Virus record (IMG/VR): IMGVR_UViG_3300035698_012122
Span: 12,686 to 76,685 of that record
Strand: one strand, 5' to 3'
DNA from: a virus
Length of the DNA stretch: 64,000 nt
Numbering within the stretch: position 1 is the first letter of the stretch; each line of letters starts with the position of its first letter. The translations under genes and the position numbers were made by a program. This document shows positions 63,916-64,000 of the stretch, one piece after another. The notes beneath the pieces were generated by a model. It did no database searches, was not told the origin of the DNA, and saw only the letters and a program-made list of their open reading frames with translations.

Positions 63916-63967
63916 ATAAATTTATTATAGATTTTATTTTTAGGAATTAGGTATATGGAACTTTTAA

Positions 63968-64000
63968 ATGACATTAGATGAAGAAATTACATATTTAGAA
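63968..64000 (+). CDS. 5' end of a divergently transcribed gene (MTLDEEITYLE...), truncated
   Basis: ATG at 63968 open to the window end, preceded by TTAGGAATTAGGTATATGGA. Confidence 0.4.
   Translation, partial: MTLDEEITYLE

Noticed and set aside
1-64000. Stop-codon reassignment
   Set aside because: Genes are full-length in the standard code. TAG and TGA stops (e.g. 17823, 27607, 4910, 16576) are followed promptly by the next RBS or start.

Overview
A 64-kb, AT-rich segment of a large tailed-phage (myovirus) genome in the standard genetic code, with two convergent blocks. The + strand block (1-41235) is a T4-like virion module: prohead protease/scaffold, gp23-like major capsid, neck, sheath, tube, hub chaperones, tape measure, baseplate, spike, then about 18 kb of fibre/adhesin-type genes. 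The - strand block (63113 to 41416) is a replication/recombination module: SF2 helicase, Zn-finger/TOPRIM/DnaB primase-helicase, family A polymerase with a degenerate UDG-like N-domain, gp32-like SSB, UvrD, RecA, SbcD/SbcC, MazG-like, RuvC-like, cold-shock-domain protein and two separated fragments of NAD-dependent ligase. An ~850-bp non-coding, structured and repeat-rich region (possible origin and/or ncRNA) ends the window. Most notable observations: (1) seven small unrelated genes scattered through the neck and baseplate clusters share an N-terminal leader (M-K/N-x-[IL]-x-E..., up to 24-25 bp identical at DNA level) resembling the T4 capsid-targeting sequence, suggesting a modular library of head-packaged, protease-processed cargo proteins; (2) tandem 7-nt ATTAGG[T/A] repeats over the 5' leaders of replication genes; (3) CsrA-type GGA hairpins at the tape-measure RBS and at the convergence point; (4) an unannotated gp51-like ORF reachable by a possible +1 frameshift; (5) a protein with a 5+5 nested repeat; (6) one ~70-aa module inserted in three different virion proteins. 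All product calls come from motif recognition by eye. No database searches were run and the host cannot be determined from this window.
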